NCBI RefSeq assembly: GCF_001194135.2
Contig: NC_068992.1
Location: 32,311,689-32,357,980, forward strand
DNA from: Octopus bimaculoides
Lineage: Eukaryota
Length of the DNA: 46,292 nucleotides
Direction: 5' to 3'
This document shows, piece after piece, positions 34,600 through 46,292 of the stretch. How positions within the stretch are numbered: the stretch's first letter is position 1; the number at the start of each line of letters is the position of its first letter. A program made the translations under genes and the position numbers. The notes under the pieces were generated by a model. The model had not been told where the DNA came from and ran no database searches. It saw only the letters and a program-made list of their open reading frames with translations.

Positions 34600-36110
34600 A
34601 ACACGTCTATAATATAGAACTATTATAATTAACCGTGACGCTTTTGCTCTGGTAGATGTTATGCAGACACTATACCAAAAGAATGTATCATATCCAATGG
34701 CCGACGGTCCTTTTGATCATTCTAACACCTTCCTTAGATTCCTTGCTGTTACTAACAAGACTCTTTTCTGCAACAGTCCCGCTCTGATCTTAATTACAAG
34801 CTTTTCAAGAAATGCATCCATCATTTTACTACCTGTTCCCAATGTGCCAACCTCATTCGTTACCCTTTCTAAGCGTTGCATTTTCGATAGTTTCCTTTCT
34901 TTTCCTCTTCAGCTCCTGATATTTCGCAACCTTCTCGCTTTCCTTCTCATTTACCCTGTGTTTCCACAGTAAGGTAATTTCAAATATCTACAATAATTGC
35001 ATTGCTCTTTTTTTCTGCGACAGAAATGTCATGTTTTCTAACCAAAATAAAATTCTCACACTCCATGATCGTGCCTCTCAGGGTCTTATACTGTACGTTT
35101 TGAGAACTTTTTCCGATAGGTGTTCATAACATGTCTTACTTCTGCTCATATCATACTTATGTCAGAGCTACAAGTGAACTTTTTTGGCAAAGTGGCCGTG
35201 CCTTCTCTTGTACTCTTTCACTAATAATGTAATTTATTGTTTCACCTTTTCATCACACAACCTATAAAATGGGGAACTCACTGACTTGGCAATATTGAAC
35301 TTCAAGTAGTTCGTTCTCAGTGCCTGTTCTTTAGTTTCAACTTTTATGTTGCTTTTCGTAGTTCATTCACAGATATTATCTCTATCAACTGTTTCGGGTA
35401 TTTCTCGCACGAATTGACCGCATATATTTGTCTCTCCATCTAGGGTGTCATTCAGTCTATTCTGTGTAAATTCTCCCTTTTTCTTTTGTTTTAACACTCC
35501 TTAGGACTTATAATTTTCTTACCTCCTACCATCAGTCTCTCCTTTGATTTCTCTTCATACCATGCCGGATGGTTTTCCTCGGACTTCACACACATTTCAC
35601 AGCTAATGAGACCTCTCCTGCATTCTGTCGCAGGAGATACCACCAGTCCGCATGAATGTTGGAGTATAGGGCCCCTCGTTGTATTGACATTTTCCTGGTC
35701 TTTCTATCGAACTCCTTAAGTTTATCACTTCTCCACTCTATCCCCCCGGCGCATGTGTTGACAGTCATTATCTTATTCCTACCACTTAAATTTGTCTTTA
35801 ACCAACCCATATTTTATTGTCCATTTACATTCTTTTGATAACAGCTCTTTTTTTTTTTCCTTCTCTTTCATTTGGTCTCTTTCTAGGATGTCTAGGTATC
35901 TACAGTCGTTGTCGTCAATTTTCCCCATAATTTACCCGTCGGGTAATATAATTCCCTCCATCTTATCAGTTTTACTCCTCCTCACTAGTAGCACCCCACA
36001 CATAGTTTATGCCCATTCTTATAACGCTGCTCTAAATAGTGAAACAGTCAGTTCATAGAATTTCCAAAAAGAGTTTTTGTCATCCAACAGCAGGCAGTTT
36101 ATCTTAAACT
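34600..36110 (-). mobile_element. Second, older 5'-truncated R4/Dong-like LINE
   Basis: Minus strand: INCLLLDD (degenerate YMDD region), LSGRNKIMTVNT..WRSDKLKEFDRKTRKM..GALYSN and C-terminal LLQKRVLLVTARNLRKVLE*. Degenerate (ATT) tail near 34570-34600. Confidence 0.82.
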
Positions 36111-36261
36111 TACGTCCTCCACATTCTTAACCTTTGCTCTTCTCAATACTAATGAAAGTGTAACCATGCACATATAAACAGCCAAGGTGAAAGACTGTCC
36201 CTCTGGAATATTCCTCTCTTGATGTTTAAGTATCTGTATTAGATCAACGCAATCTTTAACA

Positions 36262-36617
36262 ATATGATAGTATTTAAAAATCGACCCCAGGATTTATTCT
36301 TTGTAGTAAGCCTAGTACTTACTCAATCGGTTCCTTTTGCCGAACCACTAAGTCACGGGGAGGTAAGCACGCCAGCATCGGTTATCACACAAATACACAC
36401 GCACACACGCATATATATATATATATATATATATATTATACAAATATATACATATGTACGTCGGGCTTCTTTCAGTTTCCGTCTACCAAATCCACTCACA
36501 AGGCTTTGGTTGGCTCGAGGCTATAGTAGAAGACACATGCCCAAAGTGCCACGCAGTGGGACAGAACCCGGAACCATGTGGTTCGTAAGGAAGCTACTTA
36601 CTGCACAGCCACTCCAA
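36262..36617 (-). mobile_element. Near full-length OK/OR-like tRNA-derived SINE
   Basis: Reverse complement: GGAGTGGCTGTGCAGTAAGTAGC..GGTTCCGGGTTCTGTCCCAC head, GTGAGTGGATTTGGTAGACGGAAACTGAAAGAAGCCCG block, internal (TA)/(TG), and 3' AAGTACTAGGCTTAC..TCCTGGGGTCGATT. Confidence 0.85.
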
Positions 36618-38394
36618 CGCATATATGTATAAACATTACTGATCAGATATATGTATTTAATTATTGATAACATTTCCTATGTAAGTTCCAGTGACAAAAT
36701 AACGAACTTACAAATACTACTATTGAAATAAATCTAATATGTCTTAATTATTTTGCTGATATTTAATTTAGTTTTCTATTCAATGCATTAAAACAAACTA
36801 ATACCCGGACAAAATCAGGTGCAATATTGTTGTATGAAAATTGACATTGTTTGAATTAATTGTAGTTAGATATTTGTTATTTTACATTTTACTATTTCAA
36901 GTAGCTTAATTCGGGCTGTGTTTACGTTTACTTTTAAACTCTGTAAACTATATTTTCTTAATCTAAAACAAAAAGGATTAAAATTATATCACGAATAACA
37001 GCAAAATAGACGTAACATTTAAACGAATATTAAAATAAAATAATCGCAGAAAAGCTAACTAGTATTGTTATGTTAAGAAGTGTAAAACGAGATGGGAAAC
37101 ATGAAACAAAATTGAGTGTTACAGTCAAATTTTGTACGTAAATCATTCTGAAGTTAGTGTGTTATTTAACATACTTCTCGACCATTTGATTCTCCTAAGA
37201 TTTTAGACTAGAACAATTGCTAAATATTTGATATATTTTTAATGGGCGTGGATCTCTTTTGAAATCTTATCCTCCAAATCATTCGAAATTATTCATAACA
37301 AACTATATATTTTCAGCACATAGACCATTTATCGTGTATCACTTATAAATAACCTGTAATTTTTAATCATCTAATGACAGTGAATGGAAGTCTCTGGATT
37401 CGTGGTTTTATAATCCTCCACGAACACGAAATTAGTTTAAAATTTAATATAAGGCTTATTCCATTGAAGATACTTTAAATCTCAAATGACTTTTTATAGA
37501 ACTAGGCTGAGTTTCATCTCAGAAAATCATTGTCAGACATCGTGGATGCCTATCTAAGAAAAAGCGAGTACTTTATTCATTTGAGATGTGAAAATTCCTG
37601 TTTTGTTCAGAAATCCGATAAAGAATATATTGCAATATATTTGGTTAAAATTCCAGAGAGAATTTGTATTTTCCATTAACGATTGTATATAACTCTACTT
37701 CTGATGTACCATTCATTTTTGGTATGGAGCGAAACTGTAGAGTTTACAAGATAAATACTCTAGTTCCGCTGTTATGCATTTAATACAGAATCACTTGTAG
37801 TATAGCAATTATTTTTATTTGGACCTGATGTAGCTGCCTATACCCGAGCTTACACAAACTATAGTTTATACTAGAAAAGGTGTGAAGTTATCACAATACA
37901 CTATTCTAATATTTAATTAAGCTGAAGAAGTTTGTTTTTACTCGGCATGAGCAAGTTTTGTGGGCAATTCCTTTAAACTGTGCTCTAACTGTGTAACTGA
38001 TTTGGAAAAGAAATATTACGGACGGTAAGTGCATGTACTACTTCGGCTTTCATCGAAGCAACTAAAAGCGGAAGAAGTGTATTCGAGTAACAACGCATTA
38101 CTAACATTGTAGACACTTTAATACATATGCAGGAATGTACTAAAACCAAATGGACAATAGAAAATACAACATTGATAAAATTATTTTCTTTTCTCTGCTC
38201 GGTATATAATGATAATTCAAATATTAAGAAAGCATATAATTAAACTGAAATGATATACCATTGTGTTTTAATATGTGGAAGGCCAAGATTTGCTATACTT
38301 CATCTTTTAGCTTTACGTCTCCTCCATGTGCACATTTCACAGAGTATTTGAAAAAATATTTCATGCAAATAATAAGTCACATGAATATACATAA

Positions 38395-38421
38395 ATACAC
38401 ACACACACACACACACACACA

Positions 38422-38492
<71 letters not shown>
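38395..38492. repeat. (CA)n(TA)n microsatellite
   Basis: Direct reading. Confidence 0.95.
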
Positions 38493-38690
38493 TTGTATGT
38501 TTGTGGACCTCTGTTTGTTCCCCACCGTCACTCAACAACCGATGTTGGTGTGTTTATGCTCCAGTAACATAGCGGTTCGGCAAAAGATTCCGATAGAATA
38601 AGTACTAGGCTTACAAAGAATAAGTCCTGGGGTCGATTTGTTCGACTAAAGGTGATGCTCCAGCATGAACACAGTCGAATGAACAGAATA
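38493..38690 (+). mobile_element. 3' half of OK/OR-like SINE
   Basis: AACCGATGTTGGTGTGTTT..GGTTCGGCAAAAGA..GATAGAATAAGTACTAGGCTTACAAAGAATAAGTCCTGGGGTCGATTTG..GATGCTCCAGCATG. Confidence 0.85.
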
Positions 38691-38704
38691 ATATATATTA
38701 TATA

Positions 38705-39865
38705 TTGGGTCATCCCATAAATAATGCGGTTTCTTTTTTTCAATTGCATGAAGTAAAATTTGGATGGGGACGAGATAAACTACCTGCATCAGATTGTTAT
38801 AAAAGCAGGCTGCAATATTACCTTGCGATTATGCTTAATGAATGTTTTAAAAAGTGCAGTTTGATTTTAACATTTATTTTTTTAAAGCTATTATGGATGT
38901 GACAAACGAGCATATTCGGCATATTTTGTTTTTAGAATACAATAAAGGCAAGAACGCAGTGGTAAGTACGAGGAATATTAATGGAGTATATGGGTATCGG
39001 ACAATACGCGAAGGCCAGTGTCAACGGTGGTTCAAAAAAGTCCAGCCTAGAAGATATGTAGAGCTCGACATGGGCGTCCTACACACCCTGTGGAACAAAA
39101 TTCCCATCGGAGGTGTTGAGGAACTAGCAGAGAAGCTTGGATTTGGTCGTTCAGCCATTCATGAACACCTGCGTGCAATCGGAAAAGTCAGCAAATTGAG
39201 TCGATGGGTTCCTCACAAACTTTTTCACTCTAATCGGGCGCAGAGAGTGAATGTGTGCTCTTCTTTGCTGTCACGTCTTACGAATGAAGTTTTTGGGACC
39301 GAAGAGGGCCTGGTGACGAGATATGGGTTCTCTATAAAAATGTCAAGCCCCGAAGACTGTGAGTAGAGAAAGGAGAAACTCAGGCTAAAGAAGGCCTTCA
39401 CCTACGCAAGGTGTTGTTATCTGTTTGGTGTGGGATATGAAAGGTTTTGTCCACTTGGAACTTTTTAACCCAAGCCTAAATGCGTGAAGCTTGAGCGGTT
39501 TAGGTCAACGATAGAAGAAAAACGACCATTGATTGGTTTGATGATGAAAGCTGTTCTTCCACCAGGATAATGCTCAGCCACATACAGCAAGGATGACATT
39601 GCCCCATTCACTCCGCAGTCTTCAAAATCATTTCCACAGAGCAAATATGAATTCTGTAGACAAGGTCAGAAAAGAATTGGAGGAGTGTTTTTCGTCACGT
39701 ACAAGTAAATGTTGGAAGAGGGGCATTGCAAGTCTACCAGAGAGATGGAAAAGTATTGTAGAAAATGAAGGAGAGTATATTTTAGATTAAAAATGAAATG
39801 TATTATCATAATTTTGAAAAATAATATTACTATTCAAAAACCTCATTATTTATGATATGACCCAA
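38705..39865 (+). mobile_element. mariner-like (DD34D-type) transposon, decayed, both TIRs present
   Basis: TA-TTGGGTCATCCCATAAATAATGCGGTTT ... AAACCTCATTATTTATGATATGACCCAA-TA. Protein pieces EHIRHILFLEYNKGKNA, CQRWFKK, KLSRWVPHKL, HQDNAQPH and WKRGIASLPERWKSIVENEGEYILD. Confidence 0.93.
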
Positions 39866-39887
39866 TATATATATATGTGTATATATT

Positions 39888-39919
<32 letters not shown>

Positions 39920-41139
39920 ATGGTAAGTATGTGCGTATGTGTGCATGTGTGCGTGTGTGTTTTGTATATGTGAGTGTATGGAAATGTATATAAAATTACA
40001 TATTATACCACTGTGTACTTATTTTATTTTACCTATATCTGTCAAATTGAATTTTGAAATCCTACGCTAATCGAATTGTTTTTTAACGCCAAATATATTA
40101 TTTTCTCCTCATCGTCTATTCTCTCAAATATCTGCAGCTATCGCTCAGCTCTTTGCTATAAATTGGTCACGCAGCAGTCACTGAACAAAAGCACATGAAC
40201 TTCAGAAAATCAATTAATCTACTTTCTTGCAGTAAGCATTTTCTTCACTTTATTTGTTATACACTTTGTTAAATGGAAGGTATGGACAAGTATCTAAATG
40301 ACATTTTTTCATAGCTTTCAGTTATTACCATTGTTTCTATAACTATTATCCTACATCAGCACACACTGATCTCAAGAATACTTTATTTCAACACTTAACT
40401 AGGTATGTAAGTTGTAGTTTTATTTATTTCCTTCAATTGATGGCATTCCTTCAAAAAGTTGTCACGTTTTACATATAATACAAATATAGTCAATGTGGTA
40501 TTTCAAGTCAATTTATGCGTTGTGTCGCGTAATTATTTTCATGTATTATTTCCCTCATTTTCTCTTTGGCATGAAGAATTCTTTCGAAATTTGTATACCT
40601 GTATAATAAGACGGATTTGATATTTGGTTGAATTTCAACAATGTAAATCTGATGGAAATTTGATAAACGTAGAATATAACCTCACATTCTTTATCTAAAT
40701 ACCGAACACTTGCCAATATTTGTAATTAATTAGAAAGTAAATCGTTTACTACGTTTAACCAGCAATATTCGGACACTCTGCTGCCTTTGCCTCTTCAATA
40801 TGCATGTATATAAGTGGAGGCGTTGGGTGTTCCAGCACAATATTGAGACACTACTCATCTGTCATAACAAATTAAAAACAGGATGATAAGATGAGGGAAT
40901 AAGCAAGAAAAGGTGCCAAATATATAGATATAAATATATTCTAGTTCTTCACCCTTCCACATTTTATATCTGCTTTGTTCCCTGCTTTTTCTCTCATCCT
41001 GTCGTCCTGTGTTTAGTCTTTTACGCCATATGGGTAGTGCTTGATGATTGCTCAAGAGTGTCAAGAATATTGTTTGGCATGAATTCACTGCATGAGACTA
41101 ATAGTAGCACATAAATACATATATTGTGTTTATAACTAA

Positions 41140-41360
41140 TATTATGCATGTGTGTGTGTGTGTGTGTGTTTCTGTGTGTGTGTGTGTGTGAGTGCATGGA
41201 GTGCGTGTGTGCGTTTATACTGAGACAGAGAAAGAGAGGTAGGAGAGATATTGTAGCAATAATATATAGTTTATTTCGAAAACATTTCACAACTGCCGCG
41301 GCAAATTTCTTCATCGATGTACATTTCTGTCTTTACGCATATATGTGTGTATTTAATATA

Positions 41361-41395
<35 letters not shown>

Positions 41396-41580
41396 GCACA
41401 CACACACACACGCACACACACATACACCCCCCCACACACACACACATATATATTTATTTATGCATGCATATAATTATACATATCTGTGTATACATATATT
41501 TATGTTACGTATTTATGCATGTATACATGTATGTACATATGCATGTGTTTCACGGCGTATGCGTTTCTGTTTGTGTGTAT
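41140..41580. repeat. (TG)n and (CA)n microsatellite tracts
   Basis: Direct reading. Confidence 0.85.
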
Positions 41581-41989
41581 GTCTACTGGCAAAGTTTTGC
41601 TTATATTCTTAATCACACTTTTAAATGTTACATCTCAGAAAACGACATCTATAATTATTTTGAAGCATGAATAATGTCAACGTAAAAAGTAGTTTTTGAA
41701 GGTGTGAAACTAAGTAATTTTTGCCGATCATTTCTGCTGCTGTCACAGCATTGAAATTTTAAATATAAGTGAACATTTTCAAAGTTTGTATATCCAGTAT
41801 AATTGTTTCAAACTCATTCTCATGTTGTTATTCACTTAGTATAGAAAAAAAACCCCAGAAAATTGTTAGAGTTTTAAATTTGATCAATTTTACCTAATCA
41901 CAAAACAAAATATGGAAGCTAGCATTTCTTACCTGATAGCTGTCTATCTAAATATTACCACGAATTTTATTAAGCAGAGTGAAAGCAAA

Positions 41990-42610
41990 GCATTACGACG
42001 CCGAAACTTAGAATATTTTCTGAAATGTAGTAGTCTATCAAAACAGATTATATTTCTTGCACCACATATACTTACAGAGTTGCGAGTGAATCATAAAACG
42101 GTGAATCCCACAACGTCGTTTCTTCCCTCGTGTTACATAGGCCCATGTGCTGTTTTCCACTTGTCGCGTGTGGATACCATTTTACGAGGTAATAATCTCA
42201 ATGATTTGGTTCATTGTTCTATGCCGAATATTGTGACCATCAATTTCAGCAATTTTAGAGTAGACCCTCTATATATCACTGAAAATTCTAGTTTCTATAA
42301 CTGACTGACAAATGCATTCCTCTAATGTGTCACTATTCCGCTTTGGTACCACATAAAGAAAAACATGTTCGGTCACACGTCATACTCCTCTGAATATCCA
42401 TCGGACAGATAGCAAGCACATTTTCTCGGTTCTATTTACGTCTTGAGAAAACTGATTCGTCTGTCACACGAATCTTTGCAACACTGTCTTTCTGAACTGG
42501 GTTACGGAACATATCTTCTGCACATATTTCACGAACATATCAGTTGTAATCAACAGTTGTACAGTGGTTCATCCGCACTTCTAACACAAAACCAGACTGA
42601 AGTCGGTTCC
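41990..42610 (-). mobile_element. Merlin (IS1595/IS1016-like) DDE transposase remnant
   Basis: Minus strand, frameshifted: TTVDYN*YVREICAED, VTDESVFSRRK*NR (42435-42467), RWIFRGV*RVTEHVFLYVVPKRNSDTLEE..TRIFSDI*RVY, RHRTMNQ..NGIHTRQVE..WA and KRRCGIHRFMIHSQLCKYMWCKKY. Confidence 0.8.
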
Positions 42611-42839
42611 TTCGCCCGTGAGTAAAGGGAAAAAACAGTCGAGTCCTCAGAGGAAGGCTGTCCCCTTCCAGCCAACACATACTCGTAGCATATTTTTCGG
42701 GAGCACTGGAAGTAGATTTTACCGTGAAACATATTATTCATCTAGTATGGTGTCTTTCGTACCTGTTCTTTTTCTTTTTTTGTTTTTGTTTCGAGAGGTT
42801 TATTTGTTTGTGTCGTCAAAAATTTTCCAGCACGTGTAA

Positions 42840-43030
42840 TTTAAACGTCATCTTTATTGAGACGGAAGCGAAAGGAATCGAGATTGCTGCTCTTCGGCAC
42901 GCGAGCTACAAGTTCGACATCACCAAGCGGCTCAACGTCAAACGGATGACTGTCCACAGTGGGGCAGAGAGGCTCCAGAGCAGGAGAGACTTCAAAGATT
43001 GACCTCGTTTAGGCAGATGTGAAGTAGTCA
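42840..43030 (+). mobile_element. Tc1/mariner transposase N-terminal HTH fragment
   Basis: KGIEIAALRHASYKFDITKRLNVKRMTVHSGAERLQSRRDFKD*PRLGR. Confidence 0.6.
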
Positions 43031-43059
43031 ACTGTTTGGGTCTGATAAGAGCCTTCGAA

Positions 43060-45030
43060 AAGTCATCCGAAGTTCAAAACGACTACACTCGCAAATCACA
43101 TCTCGATTGTTGCAATGTCCAGGGCCGTCAAGGAAGAGAGCAGCAAGAGCTTGAGGTGCATCATACATGCAGATCGGACAGACCGAAATAAATGGCAAGC
43201 AGCCATCTTTCTCCATGACTACATTTCAGTTGATGCCAAGGAATATTTTCCAATGGCGATTGTGAATCCATATCACTATTCAACAAAGCCAACGACATAA
43301 TTATTGTCCCCAAGTGCTTTACAGGCCACCCCAAGTCCTTTACAGCCCTCCCTCTAAAGTACTTTGAAGAATGCCTCAACAAAATCAATTCCTACCTTCA
43401 AAAATACAACTCCGAAACATAGTAGTAATGGGTGATTTTAACCTCACTCTTATAGATTGGGCCACAAATACTCTACACTAGACAAAGTAGCAGCAGAGTT
43501 ACTCTTTGATATAATGGATGAATTTTCCTGACTCAGCTAGTGCTCGAACCAACAAAATAGAATAAAATGGTCTTAGATCCAATATTAACCAAACACTCTA
43601 GCTCTGTTCACAGTAATTCAGTGGAATAAAACTTTCCTCTCAGACCACGACATGATACTCTGCAATTTTAATTCCCGGCATATCAAAACCAAACCAACCA
43701 ATCCCACTCCATTGCACTTATTTGACAACATGAATTTCAACAATGCGGACTGGGCAGCAAACAGAACGGATCTATCCGTCATCGATTGGTCCTTCACTCT
43801 CAGTTCCAGTGATATTGAGACCGCCTGGCAGCACTTTGAGGGCATTGTCATCTATATATGCTCAAAACACGCTCCTACGGAATCCAATAACGCAACAGAA
43901 ACCGGCTCCCTAGAGAGAGAAAAAAAACTCATCAGGCGCATCAAAAGACTTAATAAAAAATATCTGCCAATTAAAATATTCCCACATACACATCCACATT
44001 CAACAACAATGAAAAGGCTGGAGTTGGAAAAACTTTATCTGCAGATCGACATGAAAACCTCCATTGAAAATCAATGAGCCGCAGAGTAATCAAAAACATC
44101 AGACAGAAACCAAAAATGTTCTATGCATATGGAAATAATCGTAGGACCAAAGTCTCACCCATTGGTCCATTGATCGAGGGTAACGGCATTCCCCAACATG
44201 ATGATAAAGAAATGACAGAAGTACTGCAGAAACAATACTGCTATGCCTTTAGTGACCCCACTGATATTGACATAAGGGTAGTGAACGAAGTTGATTCGCA
44301 ATATGAAATCTCGGACATGATTTTCACTTCCTCAGACATCATAGAAGCAATAAATGAGGTCAAATACTATTTTGCTGTATTCCCTGATAGATTCCCGCTA
44401 GTTTCCCGAAGGAATGTAGGCACCAACATGCAGTCCCTCTGACCAATCTCCAGAGAAATTCTTTTTTGGTATATAACTCAGTTTCGGTATATAAACTCTT
44501 AAATTCAAATCAGCATGGCTTTCGCTGTGGTAGGGACTGTCGAACACAGCTCTTACACCACATCGATGATATATGTAAAGCCTTAGGAACAGGTTCAACC
44601 TCTGATGTCATATATCTTGACTTCAGTAAAGCGTTCGACAGAGTTGATAATAATATCTTACTCTCAAAATTGACAAATGTTGGACTATGTGGAAAACTTC
44701 TACACTGGATTGACTATTTCCTGGTGAACAGAGCACAATATGTTATGGTCGATGGAGTCCAGTCAAGCACAGCAAAAGTCACCAGTAGTGACTCTCAGGG
44801 GACTGTCTTGGGCTCGTTCCTTTTTATAATCTATATAAACGACCTTTCCAGCGTCGCAAAACACAACAAAATGAAAATAATTGCTGATGGCACCAAGCTC
44901 CAGAAAGTGGGAAATGATCCCATCACCTTTAAACGGAATCTGGAGAAATTTCTTCAGGGAATACCGGATGAACCACCTATACTTGGGTACAACTCAGTCA
45001 ACAAGAACTCCGTACTCGAATGAAACATGA
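43060..45030 (+). mobile_element. CR1/L2-group LINE ORF2 remnant (APE endonuclease plus RT)
   Basis: VMGDFNLTLIDW and LSDHDMI (APE). KPKMFYAY, NQHGFRCGRDCRTQLL, DVIYLDFSKAFDRVD, SQGTVLGSFLFIIYINDL and KIIADGTKL (RT). Terminal FKRNLEKFLQGIPDEP. Confidence 0.9.
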
Positions 45031-45070
45031 TACATATATGGTTATACATATATATATATATATATATGTA

Positions 45071-45391
45071 NNNNNNNNNNNNNNNNNNNNNNNNNNNNNN
45101 NNNNNNNNNNNNNNNNNNNNNNNNNNNNNNNNNNNNNNNNNNNNNNNNNNNNNNNNNNNNNNNNNNNNNNNNNNNNNNNNNNNNNNNNNNNNNNNNNNNN
45201 NNNNNNNNNNNNNNNNNNNNNNNNNNNNNNNNNNNNNNNNNNNNNNNNNNNNNNNNNNNNNNNNNNNNNNNNNNNNNNNNNNNNNNNNNNNNNNNNNNNN
45301 NNNNNNNNNNNNNNNNNNNNNNNNNNNNNNNNNNNNNNNNNNNNNNNNNNNNNNNNNNNNNNNNNNNNNNNNNNNNNNNNNNNNNNNNNNN
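45071..45391. other. Assembly gap (N run) between (TA)n and (TG)n
   Basis: Run of n. Confidence 1.
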
Positions 45392-45438
<47 letters not shown>

Positions 45439-45582
45439 TTATAAATAATATCTATGTTCAACCCCGCATCGAATCAAAAATGTCGGTGTTTATAAACAAC
45501 AAACTTAGCTTGTTTTTAGTTATACACTTAGTTGTACATTTAGATTTATAGCGTCTAAAAACAAACGGTTTACTTTTTCAAC

Positions 45583-45657
45583 AGGCAGTTTAGCTTAATG
45601 GTAAAGCACTTGGCCCGGAATCTTCAAAGGATTTGGGATTGAGCCCCATGGCTCTTC
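45583..45657 (+). pseudogene. tRNA-like remnant (tRNA pseudogene or isolated SINE head)
   Basis: GGCAGTTTAGCTTAATGGTAAAGCAC (D-arm/A-box) and GGGATTGAGCCCC (degenerate T-arm/B-box). The acceptor and anticodon stems pair poorly. Confidence 0.4.
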
Positions 45658-46209
45658 CTTAACATTTATTTCCTCTTTGTTAATGTAATTTATCCAATAT
45701 TTCTACTGATCTAACGGCGTTTCTGCTTTCAAAATAAATGTTCATCTTATTTGTATCTTACAATACACACCTTGGCGCTAATAAAATACAAATGTTAGTA
45801 TGTTTATAGTTATACACGTATATGCACGCGTGTTTGTGGTACGTATTGTGTTTATATGTGAGCATATACTTATTGTATTTGCGTGTGTGGATTCTTGTAG
45901 CTGCCATTTCATTGCTCTATGCAATTAATGATTTGTAACATATTATTGACTCAGTTTGTATTAGGTTTTATAGAGATGTGACGATTTTTGTACATTTGCT
46001 TAATGTGCGTAGTTGATGTGTTCTGTTGATATATATTTAATTAATTTATATATGTCACCTTTTGTAGTGAACTTAGTCTTGTCATATATTTTGTGTCATT
46101 ATATTGATATATATATCGTACTTAGTTGTAAAATATCACAATGTTTATTATTTTGTATAGTTCGCCCGTTGGCGTAAATCTATATACGTGTATATAATAT
46201 ATATAAATA

Positions 46210-46249
<40 letters not shown>

Positions 46250-46292
46250 TATTTATATATATTATGTATATACATGTATATAGATTTACGCC

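Noticed and set aside
3436-41674. Many ORFs rich in CV/HT/YI/II/MM repeats
   Set aside because: These are translations of (TG)n, (CA)n, (TA)n, (AAT)n and (GAT)n microsatellites, not proteins.
1322-45551. Long ORFs spanning N runs (e.g. 28643-30202, 29110-30324, 6170-6868, 45027-45551)
   Set aside because: Lengths are artefacts of translating gaps as X. Only the non-N parts were interpreted.
45583-45657. Functional tRNA gene
   Set aside because: The T-loop lacks GTTCRA and the anticodon and acceptor stems pair poorly. It is kept only as a remnant.

Overview
AT-rich, microsatellite-dense eukaryotic DNA with five assembly gaps and no recognisable intact host gene; it is probably intergenic or intronic. 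The SINE families and the (TA)/(CA)/(TAA) load suggest an octopus or other coleoid cephalopod genome (inference from recalled repeat families). The window is a mosaic of decayed mobile elements: Penelope-like elements (PLEs; RT and GIY-YIG remnants), two R4/Dong-like RLE LINEs, a CR1-like LINE, a Gypsy gag/integrase remnant, a probable solo LTR, piggyBac, three maT/DD37D-like copies, Tc1, mariner, Merlin, a Helentron-like element and several tRNA-derived SINEs. The most notable structure is at about 28262-31150. It is a fold-back element made of two head-to-head tRNA-like heads, each followed by a (TAA)n tract and a tail carrying a minimal hammerhead-ribozyme motif, and it has been split by a Dong-like LINE inserted in one (TAA)n tract. 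Six hammerhead-like motifs occur in the window, one with an intact catalytic core (24658-24741, minus strand). All alignments were done by eye, and coordinates of decayed elements are approximate.
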